DNA from: Octopus vulgaris
Lineage: Eukaryota
Direction of reading: 5' to 3'
Length of the DNA stretch: 64,000 nt
Assembly (NCBI GenBank): GCA_951406725.2
Contig: OX597817.1
Coordinates: 134,230,001-134,294,000 of the forward strand
Positions 62,731 to 64,000 of this stretch are shown piece after piece. How positions within the stretch are numbered: position 1 is the first letter of the stretch; every line of letters starts with the position of its first letter. The notes under the pieces are model-generated. The model saw nothing but the letters and a program-made list of their open reading frames with translations, had not been told where the DNA came from and ran no database searches. Both the position numbers and the translations under genes were made by a program.

Positions 62731-64000
62731 TGAAGCAGTATCACAGCATACTGGAATACAGTATGAAACCGGAAACTCGTAAACTACATTAAAAAAGGAC
62801 TTTATTTCAATTTCTTTCTCTGCTTCTAATTGTACTTTGTTCAAAAGCATTTCTATTAAAAATGTCTATTTTTTATCAATGCTATTTTATTTACGTTTTT
62901 TATCATCACGATCGGCCACAGGCTGGCCCACCCTCACTGTGGTTTTCTAGTCTCCTCTCATAGCGAATACCTGGTAAGCGGATAAAAAGTTCAACATTCC
63001 TTTTATCTTTTTAGAATTTTCATTTCTAGTAGTAAAAACACCGCCATCAGATTACGTAAGACATATGAGATGTTGATTCTGCGCCCTGAAGACGGATATA
63101 TGAGATGATGGTACCACACACCTGTCGACTTACCGGAAGCAATTTTACGGTAAGTTTATGCGAACAGACTGGGATATTTTGGGCTTGTTTTCAACATTTC
63201 CTTACTAGTAACTGTTATTGTGTCTAGGAGACTTATGCTCGTCAGTCTTCTACGGCTTCAATACCCAGTCTCTCGTCCGTTAGGCTGCATCAAACAAAGG
63301 GAATTTACTATTTTTCCTGTTTTTTTATCTCTTTGAAAGCAATTATTAGCTTCCAAGCAAAAGCAGCCTGTGTCGCCAGCAAGAACCTGATGAAGAAGTG
63401 CAGGCTATCCGACATCCACAGAAGTCTACAGATTGTTCATAGAGGTGACACCATTGATATAAGCAATATGTAGAGAATGGAAGAAGATGTATAAGGACGT
63501 AGAAACCAGTGTTGAAAACAAATGATGCAGCGAGAGACCATCAATTGCGACCAGTGATACGAATCTCCTGCAACTGAGCGAACTGATTCTCGCAAACAAA
63601 CTAGTTACAGACCATCATCTTACTGGACGATTGGACAGGGGTCACATTGTACTAGAAAAAGAAGTTAACTCGGTACCTCTTGACACAGACTGAATTTTTT
63701 CCCAGTTTATCAATAAATATACGACCGACACCCATTTATACGCGGTGGTTTCTAGAGCGTTGCACAGGGAAACTTCGAACTTGTTGCGAAATTTAAAGAA
63801 CATACACCTGTGTTTGGATTCACCTGATCTAGATTCACTGTTGGTGTCCATGTGACTCTTGCCACTGGTAAACATATAGCCCAGTATTACCGACATATGC
63901 TGAGATAGATGACTGTAGAAGATACGTACGTACCCAGCAGGATTTTAAACTAAACCTGCCAAAAGTGGATGAACTATTTGAAAGCCGACAGAATCCATAT

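Noticed and set aside
63080-63900. CTGAAGA motif and faint RT-like words (KYTTDTHLY)
   Set aside because: Too degenerate to assign as a hammerhead or a LINE

Overview
AT-rich eukaryotic (animal) DNA, almost entirely non-coding and repeat-derived. The SINE families and microsatellite load look like an octopus/coleoid cephalopod genome; this is an inference from pattern recognition, not a database result. I found no intact host gene. The ORFs with protein meaning are all decayed transposon remnants: an RTE LINE (34.5-37.5 kb, -), an R4/Dong-type RLE LINE (38.7-40.2 kb, +), CR1-like and L1/Tx1-like 3' ends, a Penelope-like RT relic, several Tc1/mariner/pogo relics (including a nested set at 53.3-55.7 kb), and hAT, piggyBac and mariner MITEs. 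Three tRNA-derived SINE families are abundant. Main signals: (1) minimal type-I hammerhead-ribozyme motifs at five loci, one inside a tRNA/Pol III-headed non-coding element whose 3' end also forms a perfect 80-bp-arm palindrome elsewhere; (2) a SINE variant with an L1/Tx1-like tail that sits three times at the same nucleotide of a related SINE; (3) SINE tails that match three different LINE 3' ends in the window; (4) several long inverted repeats.
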